Source of the DNA: a phage
Sequence record: PX667085.1
Strand: one strand, 5' to 3'
DNA: 64,000 bases
This document shows, in pieces, positions 39,734 to 48,688 of this stretch. The position numbers were made by a program, and so were the translations under genes. How positions within the stretch are numbered: position 1 is the stretch's first letter; each line of letters opens with the position of its first letter. The notes under the pieces are model-generated. The model saw only the letters and a program-made list of their open reading frames with translations. It was not told where the DNA came from and made no database searches.

Positions 39734-40735
39734 TTAAGCCGTAGTCAGTTTAACTACCAGTTCTGGACGGGTGTTAACTGCGAGCAGCGAGAATTCAGAC
39801 TGAAGCTGAATAGTGCGGTGCTGGCTGATCATGAAGGTATACAGTTCACGAGCCTGGGTGTTAGCCAGTTCTGGAGTATCCGCAGGAGCGTAGTGCGCCT
39901 GGAACATACCTTCGATACCCATAGGCAGAACATATGCTTCACCAGCAGGGATGTTACCGTGGATATCTTCAATGTAAGTTACACCGTTCCATTCGAACAC
40001 CTGAACATCCATGTTACCGCTAAGGCGATCACGCAGAAGGTTAGGAGTTCCCTGGAAATACTGATATGCCTGGCGAACAAATGGAGAGTTAACCAGAGAT
40101 GCGAAAAATTCACGAGAACACAGAGCTACGATACGAGTAGCGGTAGAGCCATCTTGTTTAGTATCGATGATGTAAGCACGAGCTTCTTTCTCGATAGTGG
40201 CTGCTGGAGAAACAGTGGTAGAAGCAAAGTCTACAGCAACAGATTTCTGGGTAGCACCCCATTCGGTATACCAGTTGTATGCAGAGTTAGCTGCACCACC
40301 TACGCCGTTATAGGCACGACCCATAACTGCTTCTGCAAAGATTTTCTCTTTGGTTTTTGCTACGTCACGCAGAATCTGGGACATATAGCGGTTAACAACT
40401 TCAGCGTCTGTGCGCAGAGAGTCATTGATTCCTGCCATTGCAAAGCTACGGAAAGATTGAATATCTTGAGCTTTGATGTTTTTATCCAGAGGGAAGAACG
40501 GAATGCGGAACGCTTTCAGTTCTGGATTTTTCATGCTCAGGAAGTTACGCTCACCACCACGCTCACGAGCGGAGATCAGAGCATCTTCAGCTTTTTCTTT
40601 ACCGATTTCAATAGCGGTAGTTGAATGATAGTCAACACTGAACAGATTCAGGCTGGCAATCAGTGTATCAGGGGAATCCTGAAGTTCGATCATAGGGCTG
40701 AAATCTACAACCTGATCTAAAATTACTGCTGGCAT
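39734..40735 (-). CDS. major capsid protein (lambda gpE-like)
   Basis: 333 aa; position after decoration and scaffold genes; C-terminal LANTQARELYTF resembles lambda E LGNTQARGLRTY. Confidence 0.7.
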   Translation of the reverse strand: MPAVILDQVVDFSPMIELQDSPDTLIASLNLFSVDYHSTTAIEIGKEKAEDALISARERGGERNFLSMKNPELKAFRIPFFPLDKNIKAQDIQSFRSFAMAGINDSLRTDAEVVNRYMSQILRDVAKTKEKIFAEAVMGRAYNGVGGAANSAYNWYTEWGATQKSVAVDFASTTVSPAATIEKEARAYIIDTKQDGSTATRIVALCSREFFASLVNSPFVRQAYQYFQGTPNLLRDRLSGNMDVQVFEWNGVTYIEDIHGNIPAGEAYVLPMGIEGMFQAHYAPADTPELANTQARELYTFMISQHRTIQLQSEFSLLAVNTRPELVVKLTTA

Positions 40736-40756
40736 TATATTAATCTCCTATTAAAA

Positions 40757-41155
40757 TTAAGAAGTGAAAACGACTTTTTCGGTCAGTTTCAGATCATGTG
40801 TTTCCAGTGCTGCTACGCCAGCGTCATCTACCAGGGAGCCATCTTTGTAGTATACTGCAAAGCGGTTCAGAGTAAGATCACGTACGCCAACAACTGCGGT
40901 GAAAGTGTCACCTACTGCTACATCGTCAATACCGAACAGAGCATCAGTCCAAATCAGAACTTTAGCAGCATCGGCAGCTTCAGCTTTAGCAGCTTCAGTG
41001 TTGTCAGCTTTCAGGATAGAACCAATTTTCATGGTTGCTGTTTTAACCAGGTTAACTTCACGTACACAGTGTCCAAGGTCAGAGCTAAACACTCCACCCA
41101 GAACCAGGTGTCCGAATTCCTGGCGAGAGTTAGATAAAGTAATTCCTTTAGCCAT
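40757..41155 (-). CDS. head decoration protein (gpD-like)
   Basis: 132 aa; Ala/Gly/Val-rich, immediately upstream of capsid gene. Confidence 0.5.
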   Translation of the reverse strand: MAKGITLSNSRQEFGHLVLGGVFSSDLGHCVREVNLVKTATMKIGSILKADNTEAAKAEAADAAKVLIWTDALFGIDDVAVGDTFTAVVGVRDLTLNRFAVYYKDGSLVDDAGVAALETHDLKLTEKVVFTS

Positions 41156-41174
41156 TTAATTTAATCTCCTAAGA

Positions 41175-42290
41175 TTATTGTTTCTGGGCTTTTTTAAGTT
41201 CAGCAGCTTTCTGACTAATCAGTTCAGAAGAAGATTTAGCTACAGGTTGAGTATTGATCACGTCAACACCACGTTCTGTTCCAAATTCTTTCTTAACTGC
41301 GTCCACTTCTGCACGTGCTTTTTCGAATGCTTTGACGATAGTTTCAGCGATATCTTTATTGTCTACCAGATATTTAACGAGAGCTTCAACTTTGTCTTCT
41401 TCTACGAAAGAATAGGATTTAACAACAGTTGTATATTCTTCTTCGATACGAGCTTGTTCAGCTTTACGAAGTTCTTCTGCTTCCTGTTCTGCCTTAGCGA
41501 TTTTTTCCTGTGCTTCAAGTTCTGCGGCTGCACGTGCATCTGCTGCTGCTTTTTCTACAGCTTCAGCGATCTGTGCTTTCATCAGTTCTTGGAATTCAGC
41601 AGATTTCAGGAATTCTTCTTTGTTGATATTTTCCAAAGGGGTTTCTCCTTTATTGATTCCAGTTGTGTTTGCAGATTTATCACCTGCGGGGTTAGCCTCT
41701 GCATCCACAGAGTTTGTATTAGCTTTAGCGTGAGCTTTCACTAAATAATCTTTAACTTGACTTTGTTTCAAGGAACTCTTAACGAGATTACTCAAAGCAT
41801 CGTCTAAAACGTCCTCAAAGAAATCAATGGAGATCATTACATCACCATCAACAACTTGATAATCAGTAACACGAACAACAGGTTTAGCAACCTCTTCAAC
41901 TTCAACATTCAGTCCGTCAACTTTAAAGCCAACAGAGAACATACCGTTATCTGAACAGAAAATTGCAACGTTCGCATCGAAGTCAGCATCAATAACGTAA
42001 ACCCAATCCCAACCAGCTTCAAATTTTTCACGCACTTTTTCAGAAATGCGATCCATCACTTGTTGAATATAGCTTTTACGTAACTCTGTAACATCTTCTC
42101 CCATTTTAGTGAGAGCTTCTAACTTTTCAAAAGTTATGTCTGGAGATCCGTCTGACTTAAATAAAAGGGGGGTATTATAACCAGATGCCGCTCCACCTTG
42201 AAAATCAAAAGTGTAAGCAATATGAGCACCTAGTGACTCTTCCGTAGCTTTTCCTGAAAAGTCTACGTTAGTTAAATATGTATTTGCCAC
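41175..42290 (-). CDS. scaffolding protein
   Basis: 371 aa; C-terminal half highly helical and charged (AEAVEKAAADARAAAELEAQEKIAKAEQEAEELRKAEQ). Confidence 0.5.
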   Translation of the reverse strand: MANTYLTNVDFSGKATEESLGAHIAYTFDFQGGAASGYNTPLLFKSDGSPDITFEKLEALTKMGEDVTELRKSYIQQVMDRISEKVREKFEAGWDWVYVIDADFDANVAIFCSDNGMFSVGFKVDGLNVEVEEVAKPVVRVTDYQVVDGDVMISIDFFEDVLDDALSNLVKSSLKQSQVKDYLVKAHAKANTNSVDAEANPAGDKSANTTGINKGETPLENINKEEFLKSAEFQELMKAQIAEAVEKAAADARAAAELEAQEKIAKAEQEAEELRKAEQARIEEEYTTVVKSYSFVEEDKVEALVKYLVDNKDIAETIVKAFEKARAEVDAVKKEFGTERGVDVINTQPVAKSSSELISQKAAELKKAQKQ

Positions 42291-42292
42291 GA

Positions 42293-42772
42293 TTAGTCCT
42301 TCTTGACTTTAACGCCCATTGCGCCTATACTCAAACCTTTAAGAACGCCGTCTTTACGAGCTTGATATAATTCAGGGTCGTTGAATTGGATTTTAACGAG
42401 GGGAGTTCCTTCCACAACGAGTTCGTCACCAATGTAACAATCGACTTCATTTACCCAAGCTTTAATTGGAGAAAACTTATCGGTGTTCTTCATGTGACCA
42501 AGATTACCACTAATGTTGGTAATATTCTCATTGAAGTTGTCAACCATCTTCCTGATTTCCAAATCAGACATGCGCTCTCCGTGGAGATCGTCTTCTTCAG
42601 GTGGACAATACAAGACCTCAATAACCTGCATCTTTTCTTCATCAAATTTATTTTGTTTGACTAGAGTTTCAGGTTTTTGAGATGGTATAGAATCTTGTTG
42701 GGATTCAGAAGTCTCTTTAAAACCAGCGAAGGTTTTGAAGAGTTCCCACAGTGTATCTTTATTGAGTTCCAT
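42293..42772 (-). CDS. possible prohead protease
   Basis: 159 aa ORF between portal and scaffold; no catalytic motif confirmed. Confidence 0.3.
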   Translation of the reverse strand: MELNKDTLWELFKTFAGFKETSESQQDSIPSQKPETLVKQNKFDEEKMQVIEVLYCPPEEDDLHGERMSDLEIRKMVDNFNENITNISGNLGHMKNTDKFSPIKAWVNEVDCYIGDELVVEGTPLVKIQFNDPELYQARKDGVLKGLSIGAMGVKVKKD

Positions 42773-42865
42773 TTGAAACCTCTTAAAAACAGATATCCCA
42801 TAAATCTTAGTCTACAGGATATTTGTTGTTTTGTCAATAGAAAAATTAAAAAATATTAAATATTT

Positions 42866-44431
42866 TTAATTCGACAGGTTTTGTGCTGAAGGATCTAGAG
42901 CAGAAACAGTATCAGACGTTCCAGTTCCCGCTGTAGCTAAACCATCTCCTGATCGTGAAGTTTTGTCAGGCATATAGTTATCCATGAATTCAAAGAATTT
43001 CTCTTTATTGGCAACAATATCATCAGGGATGCGATATTCAAAACCAATTTTTTCAAGAAACTCGTTAATAACTTCTGGGGTTAAAGGTATCGCACCAGAG
43101 GCTACCAACTGCTGAATAGCTTTAGCATTTACTTCAATATCAGGATCACCCATTTCACCACTGACAAACTTAGGCATATCTTCATCAGAAAGGAAGATAT
43201 TGTTTAGTCGTAGTGTTTGAGGGATCAGTTGAGAGTTTATAGCTTCTACAACAATATCTACATCTCGCTCAATAAAATGAGACAATAGTGTTTGTTTGTT
43301 GTCAGAAAGCGCAAAACTTCCTGCATCACCATCACCCATAATCAACACACCCGCACCAAAGCGGTTATAAATATCCAGTTTACGTTGTTTGATTAGTGCT
43401 TGAGTGTCAAACTGTTTACCCGTGCCATCAACACCTTGGAATACAAGATCGTATTGACGCATCACTGTGCCTTCATAAACGTCTGAAGGCAACACCATGT
43501 AGGCTTGCTCACCAGAGTGCAGGTTAGCGATGTTGGCTTGGAGAACTCGAAGAGATTGTGCTTCATCCCCCGCAGGATCTAAAGATGCCCTGTTTAGAAT
43601 GTCACTTGGAACCTTAAGAACTGGCATACCGCCTAAATCTTTAGATACCCCAATAACCTCAAATTCCTGAATAAGAGATTTTTCACGCCAGCTACGATAT
43701 ACAGCTAACAGCGGACTAACTCCTAATGGGTTATTCTCTGTAATGTTGCTACCAACAAATAAAACTTTACTGAAAGGAATTTCTTTAATACCCGTTTCTA
43801 AAGTTGTATTACCTGGAGCTAACATCGTATTGGTGATATTCTGGTTAACAGATAGAATAGAACGTCCGTCTGCCGAATATGTAAAAGGTTGAGCCATGTG
43901 AAGAGTGTCTTGTGGTCTAAAAGCCAATTTGGTCAACCGCCAATACCCAAAGTAAGGACTTTTAGGATCTTCATCCAACTCATAAACTTTCTCTGCGAAT
44001 GCAAAACCATATTGCTTATATGTCAAAAGTGATCTAACATATTGACGTAGAGGGGCTTGCATATTGCGTAACATGTAATCAATAAACTTAGCAGCTTTTC
44101 TTGACTTTGCCGAGTTTACATTGTATTTTATCTTGAAATCAAAGAATGCTCTATCTACAAAGATATATGTAGCGTCAAGAGCAGTAGCTACATCAGGGTC
44201 TTCACCCATCTCTTTAAAAGTGCGAATACATTCTGGGAAACGAGTCTCATAGGGTTGCATGAAATTCGTAAATGCTTTGATTGAGTTTAATCCGATCGTT
44301 CCTATTTCAGGTGACAGGAGTAACGTTTTCTCTTTCTCTGCTTCTTTTGTTGGAGAGAGAGCAGCTTTATTTGCAGCACCTTTGTCCCAGTATTCTGACT
44401 TTTTAGTGTACGTTCTTTTTCCTGTTGACAC
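42866..44431 (-). CDS. portal protein
   Basis: 521 aa ORF immediately downstream of terminase large subunit. Confidence 0.6.
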   Translation of the reverse strand: MSTGKRTYTKKSEYWDKGAANKAALSPTKEAEKEKTLLLSPEIGTIGLNSIKAFTNFMQPYETRFPECIRTFKEMGEDPDVATALDATYIFVDRAFFDFKIKYNVNSAKSRKAAKFIDYMLRNMQAPLRQYVRSLLTYKQYGFAFAEKVYELDEDPKSPYFGYWRLTKLAFRPQDTLHMAQPFTYSADGRSILSVNQNITNTMLAPGNTTLETGIKEIPFSKVLFVGSNITENNPLGVSPLLAVYRSWREKSLIQEFEVIGVSKDLGGMPVLKVPSDILNRASLDPAGDEAQSLRVLQANIANLHSGEQAYMVLPSDVYEGTVMRQYDLVFQGVDGTGKQFDTQALIKQRKLDIYNRFGAGVLIMGDGDAGSFALSDNKQTLLSHFIERDVDIVVEAINSQLIPQTLRLNNIFLSDEDMPKFVSGEMGDPDIEVNAKAIQQLVASGAIPLTPEVINEFLEKIGFEYRIPDDIVANKEKFFEFMDNYMPDKTSRSGDGLATAGTGTSDTVSALDPSAQNLSN

Positions 44432-44500
44432 TTGTTCCTCCAGTCAGGTATAAAATCGTTAAGGCAAGGCTGTATTATATACAACCTCACCTATCTAGTT

Positions 44501-44529
44501 ATAATACACTTTAAAGTGACTTTTGTCAA
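44501..44529 (-). promoter_or_regulatory. sigma70-like promoter TTGACA-N17-TATTAT upstream of portal gene
   Basis: minus-strand TTGACA (plus 44524-44529) and TATTAT (plus 44501-44506). Confidence 0.5.
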
Positions 44530-44532
44530 CAA

Positions 44533-46608
44533 TTATCTTTTACGGACACTATACGGTTGGTGAAATCCGCTGTTCATTCTACTGTATCCTGTAGGAGCAT
44601 TTGTTGTTGTAGGGATAGCTACTGCCTTGAAAGTATTCTCTTTTGACAGAGTATTAAAACAAGAGGCAGCAGCATCGGGAATGTCATCTTTAATAGTGGC
44701 TGTAGATCTTTCACCATTGAAAGATTCCAATTCTTTATAAAAGTGGGTTAAAGTTTCCACATTAGGGAAAGAATCTTCAACAATATAAACAAAACCGTTT
44801 TGACACGCACTACTAAAAGGCATAAAACGCTGAAGCTTTTTCTTGTTGCCTGGCATAGCATCTGGTTTAACAACAAAACCTTCTAGAATAAGTTTCTTTG
44901 CAGACTCTGTGTATTCTATTGTCCCAGCACCAGATGGGTCTTTAGGAAGCACTACTGTAACTTCTGGTCCATCAATCTTACATTGATTTAGAATCAGGTT
45001 ATCCCTTTCCCCAGGTAGTCTTCGAAACCTTCCGAAAATTTTACTTTTCTCATCCACAGCATCATAATCATAGTCGCCAAAGATGTAGATATTACCATCT
45101 TGATCTTTACCCATTTTGACAGATGTTGTATAGTCTGGATAACGGTAAGTTTCTGTAGGAACTGAAACAGCTTTATCCCATGCTCGCATTAGTTTAAGAT
45201 TGTTAGGAACATCTTTATAAGATATTTTATGTAACCATTCACGTTGAAAGAAAGATTCTTTCTGGATACGTGCAAACCAACAACCGTCCAGAAGCTGTGC
45301 TCTTTTGATAGCTGTTTGTGATTTAAGTTGTGCTAAGTAATTAGGGTTAAGCCTAATGAGTTCTGGGTTATCAAATATTGTCCCACCAATAAATACGAAA
45401 GTTTGTGGTTCAATAACAACTGTCTCCCCTGTATTAGGGTTTTCCATGAAACAGTTTTCTGGATATTTTTCTTTCAGTTCTTCAGGTGTGTCAGCAAAAA
45501 CAGGTTCATCGTTAACAATGATGAAATATTTTTGTTTACCACACATATCTTCTCTAGGATAACCACCCTCATCAAGATAAGGTAACACCCAATTCAAAAC
45601 CCAACTATCTGCGTCAGGGTTACATGTGCACAACATGAAACTTGTTTCTGACTCTGAACGCATACGTCCCAGAAGATAGAGCATTTCATATTGTGTGAAG
45701 TGGGTTAACTCGTCAAAACCTACCATTGAATACTGTGTACCCTGATGGTTTGTTTCTGCTGTTACGTTATCATTTTCCAAATGGTCAAATTTGAGGGTTC
45801 CACCACCAGTGGCTTCAAAAATGATATCCATTGTACTTTCTTTTACGTGCGGTTGTAAAGGAAGATACAAACGTTTTGCTTCTGTAAACAGACCACCTGG
45901 TTTACGGTGAGCAGTGGTGTTCTTACGGAAAAGTATTCCACCAAACAAAGGGTCTTTGTAGGCGTATTTTAAAGCTTTCAGCAATAGCAGACGAGACTTG
46001 CCGCTATTCCCAGTAACGAAGCAGTGATCGCCACGTCTAAAGACAATATAGCTGCTTGGAGTCTCAAAACAATATTTCTTATCATCTGTTGAAATAACCT
46101 CGTGTATTTTTAAGTAAGTGCTCTTTTTACCAGGTATGTTAAAAGGAACACGTTTACCGAATGGATTTTCTACATAACCTTGCAGGGGTTTTCCTATTTG
46201 CTGTAATGCAATAAGATCTCCTACAAGAATCTCGAAATGTTTCTTTGATTTCTTTTTCTTATAGAATACAAAACGGTGTTCCATACTAAGTTCTTGGAAC
46301 AATCCTACACCATTTGTTATTCTGTATAGGTTATCTCCATTTAAATCATATTCTACAAAATAAGGTGTTACCAATTCTAAACGCTTATTCTTAGGATTGT
46401 ATTGGTAAATATCCTCTCCCGAATATTCACTAATCTGCCTCCAACCATCTTTTGTAAGATATTCCGTTTCAGCAGAAACACATCCAGCGGCACCACCATA
46501 AATCATAACTTCTGGCATTAAATCCATTGCAAGAGTCTGTTTACCTGGTTGAGCCTTTACCTCAATATCTACTCCAGCTAAACTACCTGCTGCCTTTTTC
46601 TTTGCCAC
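44533..46608 (-). CDS. terminase large subunit, interrupted by a mini-intein
   Basis: P-loop YGGAAG / SGKS split by 159 residues; Walker B MVGFDELTHF; 691 aa. Confidence 0.85.
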   Translation of the reverse strand: MAKKKAAGSLAGVDIEVKAQPGKQTLAMDLMPEVMIYGGAAGCVSAETEYLTKDGWRQISEYSGEDIYQYNPKNKRLELVTPYFVEYDLNGDNLYRITNGVGLFQELSMEHRFVFYKKKKSKKHFEILVGDLIALQQIGKPLQGYVENPFGKRVPFNIPGKKSTYLKIHEVISTDDKKYCFETPSSYIVFRRGDHCFVTGNSGKSRLLLLKALKYAYKDPLFGGILFRKNTTAHRKPGGLFTEAKRLYLPLQPHVKESTMDIIFEATGGGTLKFDHLENDNVTAETNHQGTQYSMVGFDELTHFTQYEMLYLLGRMRSESETSFMLCTCNPDADSWVLNWVLPYLDEGGYPREDMCGKQKYFIIVNDEPVFADTPEELKEKYPENCFMENPNTGETVVIEPQTFVFIGGTIFDNPELIRLNPNYLAQLKSQTAIKRAQLLDGCWFARIQKESFFQREWLHKISYKDVPNNLKLMRAWDKAVSVPTETYRYPDYTTSVKMGKDQDGNIYIFGDYDYDAVDEKSKIFGRFRRLPGERDNLILNQCKIDGPEVTVVLPKDPSGAGTIEYTESAKKLILEGFVVKPDAMPGNKKKLQRFMPFSSACQNGFVYIVEDSFPNVETLTHFYKELESFNGERSTATIKDDIPDAAASCFNTLSKENTFKAVAIPTTTNAPTGYSRMNSGFHQPYSVRKR
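46006..46482 (-). other. mini-intein (Hint domain, no homing endonuclease) in terminase Walker A
   Basis: insert begins CVSAETEYLTKDGW and ends FVTGN followed by S; removal restores GGAAGSGKS. Confidence 0.6.
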
Positions 46609-46617
46609 ATTCCCTCC

Positions 46618-46962
46618 TTATTCAGCAATAATACCTTTTTCTTGCAGTGTTTTAATATATGTTTGTAAACCTAAAACCTTTCGTCTATCTTGCTCCCAAA
46701 GAGCATTGTTTTGAGTTTGGTTGTTAACAACTTCAGATCTACTAACCCCTTTTGCAATTTGATTTTTAGTGTATGGCACAGGTGTCGATACTTTATCCAT
46801 CAAGTCCGAATCTGGACCTTTAACCTTTTCTATGGCTACAGCCTTACACTCATCAATAAGAACTGGGGAAACTTTTGTTGATGATGAACAACCCGTCATC
46901 ATTAGGGGCAAAGCAAGACATACTGCCAGAATTAGTTTTTGCATAATTCGTTGTATCCTCAT
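46618..46962 (-). CDS. outer-membrane lipoprotein, o-spanin-like
   Basis: signal peptide with lipobox-like LMMTGC; overlaps 3' end of upstream membrane protein gene. Confidence 0.45.
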   Translation of the reverse strand: MRIQRIMQKLILAVCLALPLMMTGCSSSTKVSPVLIDECKAVAIEKVKGPDSDLMDKVSTPVPYTKNQIAKGVSRSEVVNNQTQNNALWEQDRRKVLGLQTYIKTLQEKGIIAE

Positions 46963-47245
46963 TGATCGTTTGTTTCTTCTTCTCTAAATCTGCTTTTAAT
47001 TGTGCATTGTTTTTAGACAAGTTGTTTATTTGAGTATTTAATAATGCTCTTTCTTCGTCTGCTCTTTTTTGAAGAACATCAAAATCTTGTTTTGCTTTTG
47101 CTTGGGCTGCTTGATATACTTGCGTTTGATAGGCAACACCATCTTTGTAGCCAGACTCACGTATCTTGTTATAAGCAAACATTCCGGCAAGAATAAGAAC
47201 AACAATTAAAACAAAACTTAATACAGTTTTAGTCTTTAGATTCAT
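46853..47245 (-). CDS. i-spanin-like protein
   Basis: N-terminal TM TVLSFVLIVVLILAGMFAY then coiled coil; SD GAGGAAG; 3' end overlaps lipoprotein gene. Confidence 0.45.
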   Translation of the reverse strand: MNLKTKTVLSFVLIVVLILAGMFAYNKIRESGYKDGVAYQTQVYQAAQAKAKQDFDVLQKRADEERALLNTQINNLSKNNAQLKADLEKKKQTINEDTTNYAKTNSGSMSCFAPNDDGLFIINKSFPSSY

Positions 47246-47294
47246 TATCTTCTACTTCCTCATAAAATTTTATTTTAGGAAGAGAAGGGGCGTT

Positions 47295-47465
47295 GTTAAC
47301 TATCTTCTTCACTTCCATCGGTTGAGCCTCCGCTAGGATCTCTTCCCACGTCTTCTCTGTCATCATAAAGTTCTTCCTCCAAGTTCCAAGCCCGTGTGTA
47401 ATCATTCTTTTTATCTTTATGATAAGAAGAACGGTTAAAATCATTTTTAACTACAAAATTGCGCA
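47295..47465 (-). CDS. small acidic protein (56 aa, below track cutoff)
   Basis: ATG preceded by GAGGAGGATAAAAT and TTGCAA-N17-TAAGAT; product ends DPSGGSTDGSEEDS. Confidence 0.3.
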
Positions 47466-47520
47466 TATTTTATCCTCCTCATATCTGATCTTATCACAAA
47501 ATGATATACAATTGCAAGCA

Positions 47521-47558
47521 TTAAAAATAAAAAAGCCCCTAACCTTTCGGAGAGGGGT
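47521..47558 (-). terminator. rho-independent terminator
   Basis: minus-strand CCCCTCTCCGAAAGGTTAGGGG hairpin followed by CTTTTTTATTTTT. Confidence 0.6.
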
Positions 47559-47606
47559 GTTAAAAATAACAAGGAGGAGGGGCAAAGCCCCAAGAGAGGA
47601 GAGGGA

Positions 47607-47903
47607 TTAGATTACGATCTTTTTAGGAACGTCATCTGTATTCTGCACGGCAGGGGTTTCTTCTTCCATAGCTTCATAATGTTCTTCTAACCATTCTTCT
47701 ACTTGCTCTTTAATAGCTTTAGCTGCTTGGAAGCGGAGAGGTTTTGCTGCATCCTTATCATTAACAAGTTCAACAATATACCGCATAGCTTCTAAATAAT
47801 GCTCTGCAAATAATTCTTTTACACTTGCTTGCGCCGCATCCATTGCGTAAATCTGTTGCATTTCGGCTGTTGGTCTTCCACGACCACGTTTTAGTTTAGG
47901 CAT
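47607..47903 (-). CDS. hypothetical protein
   Basis: 98 aa; N-terminal basic MPKLKRGRGRP; first minus-strand gene after tRNA array. Confidence 0.4.
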   Translation of the reverse strand: MPKLKRGRGRPTAEMQQIYAMDAAQASVKELFAEHYLEAMRYIVELVNDKDAAKPLRFQAAKAIKEQVEEWLEEHYEAMEEETPAVQNTDDVPKKIVI

Positions 47904-47967
47904 AATAAAATCCTCCTAAACTTTATCTTAACATATAAAAAATAATAAGTCAAGTTTTATTCAATAG

Positions 47968-47995
47968 ATAGCAAAAAGCCTCCAATAAGGAGGCT
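47968..47995 (-). terminator. terminator at downstream end of tRNA array
   Basis: AGCCTCC-AATAA-GGAGGCT hairpin followed on minus strand by TTTTTGCTAT. Confidence 0.5.
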
Positions 47996-48110
47996 AATAA
48001 ATACTGTTAATTTGAAATGCTTTATTATAATTGTGCGTTAAGGAGTCGCACCCCTCCATCTTAGAAGGAACCAGGCAAGGTCTTCAAAGATACCGCTGGC
48101 AAGCGATATT

Positions 48111-48189
48111 TGGAGGCGGGAATTGGATTTGAACCAATGATCTCCAGCATATGAAACTGGCGAGGACGACCAGACTCCTCTATCCCGCT
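48111..48189 (-). tRNA. tRNA-Met (anticodon CAT)
   Basis: CCA encoded; T-arm ATTGG-ATTTGAA-CCAAT; anticodon loop TTCATAT; 11-nt D-loop; A1-C72 mismatch. Confidence 0.55.
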
Positions 48190-48195
48190 ATTAGG

Positions 48196-48265
48196 TATCC
48201 CGTGCTGGATTCGAACCAGCATCACAATAAGTTGTGGAACTCTTATCCTGTAAGTCTAACGGGAA
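48196..48265 (-). tRNA. tRNA-like element, possibly degenerate
   Basis: clean T-arm GCTGG-ATTCGAA-CCAGC and 6-bp acceptor, but only 70 nt, no CCA, anticodon arm would need a 10-nt loop. Confidence 0.3.
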
Positions 48266-48267
48266 AT

Positions 48268-48341
48268 TGGTTGTTTCGACAAGAATCGAACTTGTGTCTC
48301 ACGATTATCAGTCGTGGGTTCTACCATTGAACTACGAAACA
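48268..48341 (-). tRNA. tRNA-Ile (anticodon GAT)
   Basis: CCA encoded; 7-bp acceptor; T-arm; anticodon stem CACGA/TCGTG with loop CTGATAA. Confidence 0.7.
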
Positions 48342-48347
48342 TTAAAT

Positions 48348-48424
48348 TGGTCGGAATTGCAGGATTCGAACCTGCGACCCTACGCTCCCAAAGCGTATGC
48401 TCTACCAAACTGAGCTAAATTCCG
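48348..48424 (-). tRNA. tRNA-Pro (anticodon TGG)
   Basis: CCA encoded; 7-bp acceptor; T-arm GCAGG-ATTCGAA-CCTGC; anticodon loop TTTGGGA. Confidence 0.7.
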
Positions 48425-48429
48425 TTATA

Positions 48430-48505
48430 TGGCTGGTCTGTCTGGATTTGAACCAAACCTACGACAGTCAAAGTGTCGTGTGCTACCTGACTACACTACA
48501 AACCA
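48430..48505 (-). tRNA. tRNA-Gln (anticodon TTG)
   Basis: CCA encoded; acceptor with one G-U pair; anticodon stem CGACA/TGTCG with loop CTTTGAC. Confidence 0.6.
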
Positions 48506-48603
48506 ATAAATCATTTAATGAAGGGCAACCAGAAGAGGTGTGAGAGAAGGAGAAAACCATGAGTAAAAGAGAAAGTTTTCTGGCAACCCTTTATTAAATA
48601 ATT

Positions 48604-48677
48604 TGGAGCGTTCTACGAGGATCGAACTCGTGCCGCCGACTTGGAAGGACGGAATGCTACCGCTACACCAAGAACGC
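48604..48677 (-). tRNA. tRNA-Gly (anticodon TCC)
   Basis: CCA encoded; perfect acceptor and T-arm ACGAG-GATCGAA-CTCGT; anticodon loop CTTCCAA; one U-U mismatch in anticodon stem. Confidence 0.55.
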
Positions 48678-48688
48678 CCTACCTCTTT

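Noticed and set aside
39818-40624. Long plus-strand ORFs antisense to structural genes (39818..40624, 41178..41744, 40796..41137, and minus-strand 8312..8854 and 4401..4679 antisense to replication genes)
   Set aside because: Each lies wholly inside a longer ORF on the opposite strand that has clear protein motifs; products are low-complexity or Cys/Phe-rich and have no ribosome-binding sites, so they are treated as frame shadows.
47229-47444. Track ORF 47229..47444 as the real gene in this interval
   Set aside because: It has no ribosome-binding site, whereas the alternative-frame 56-codon ORF (47295..47465) has promoter-like elements and a strong Shine-Dalgarno; kept only as the less likely alternative.
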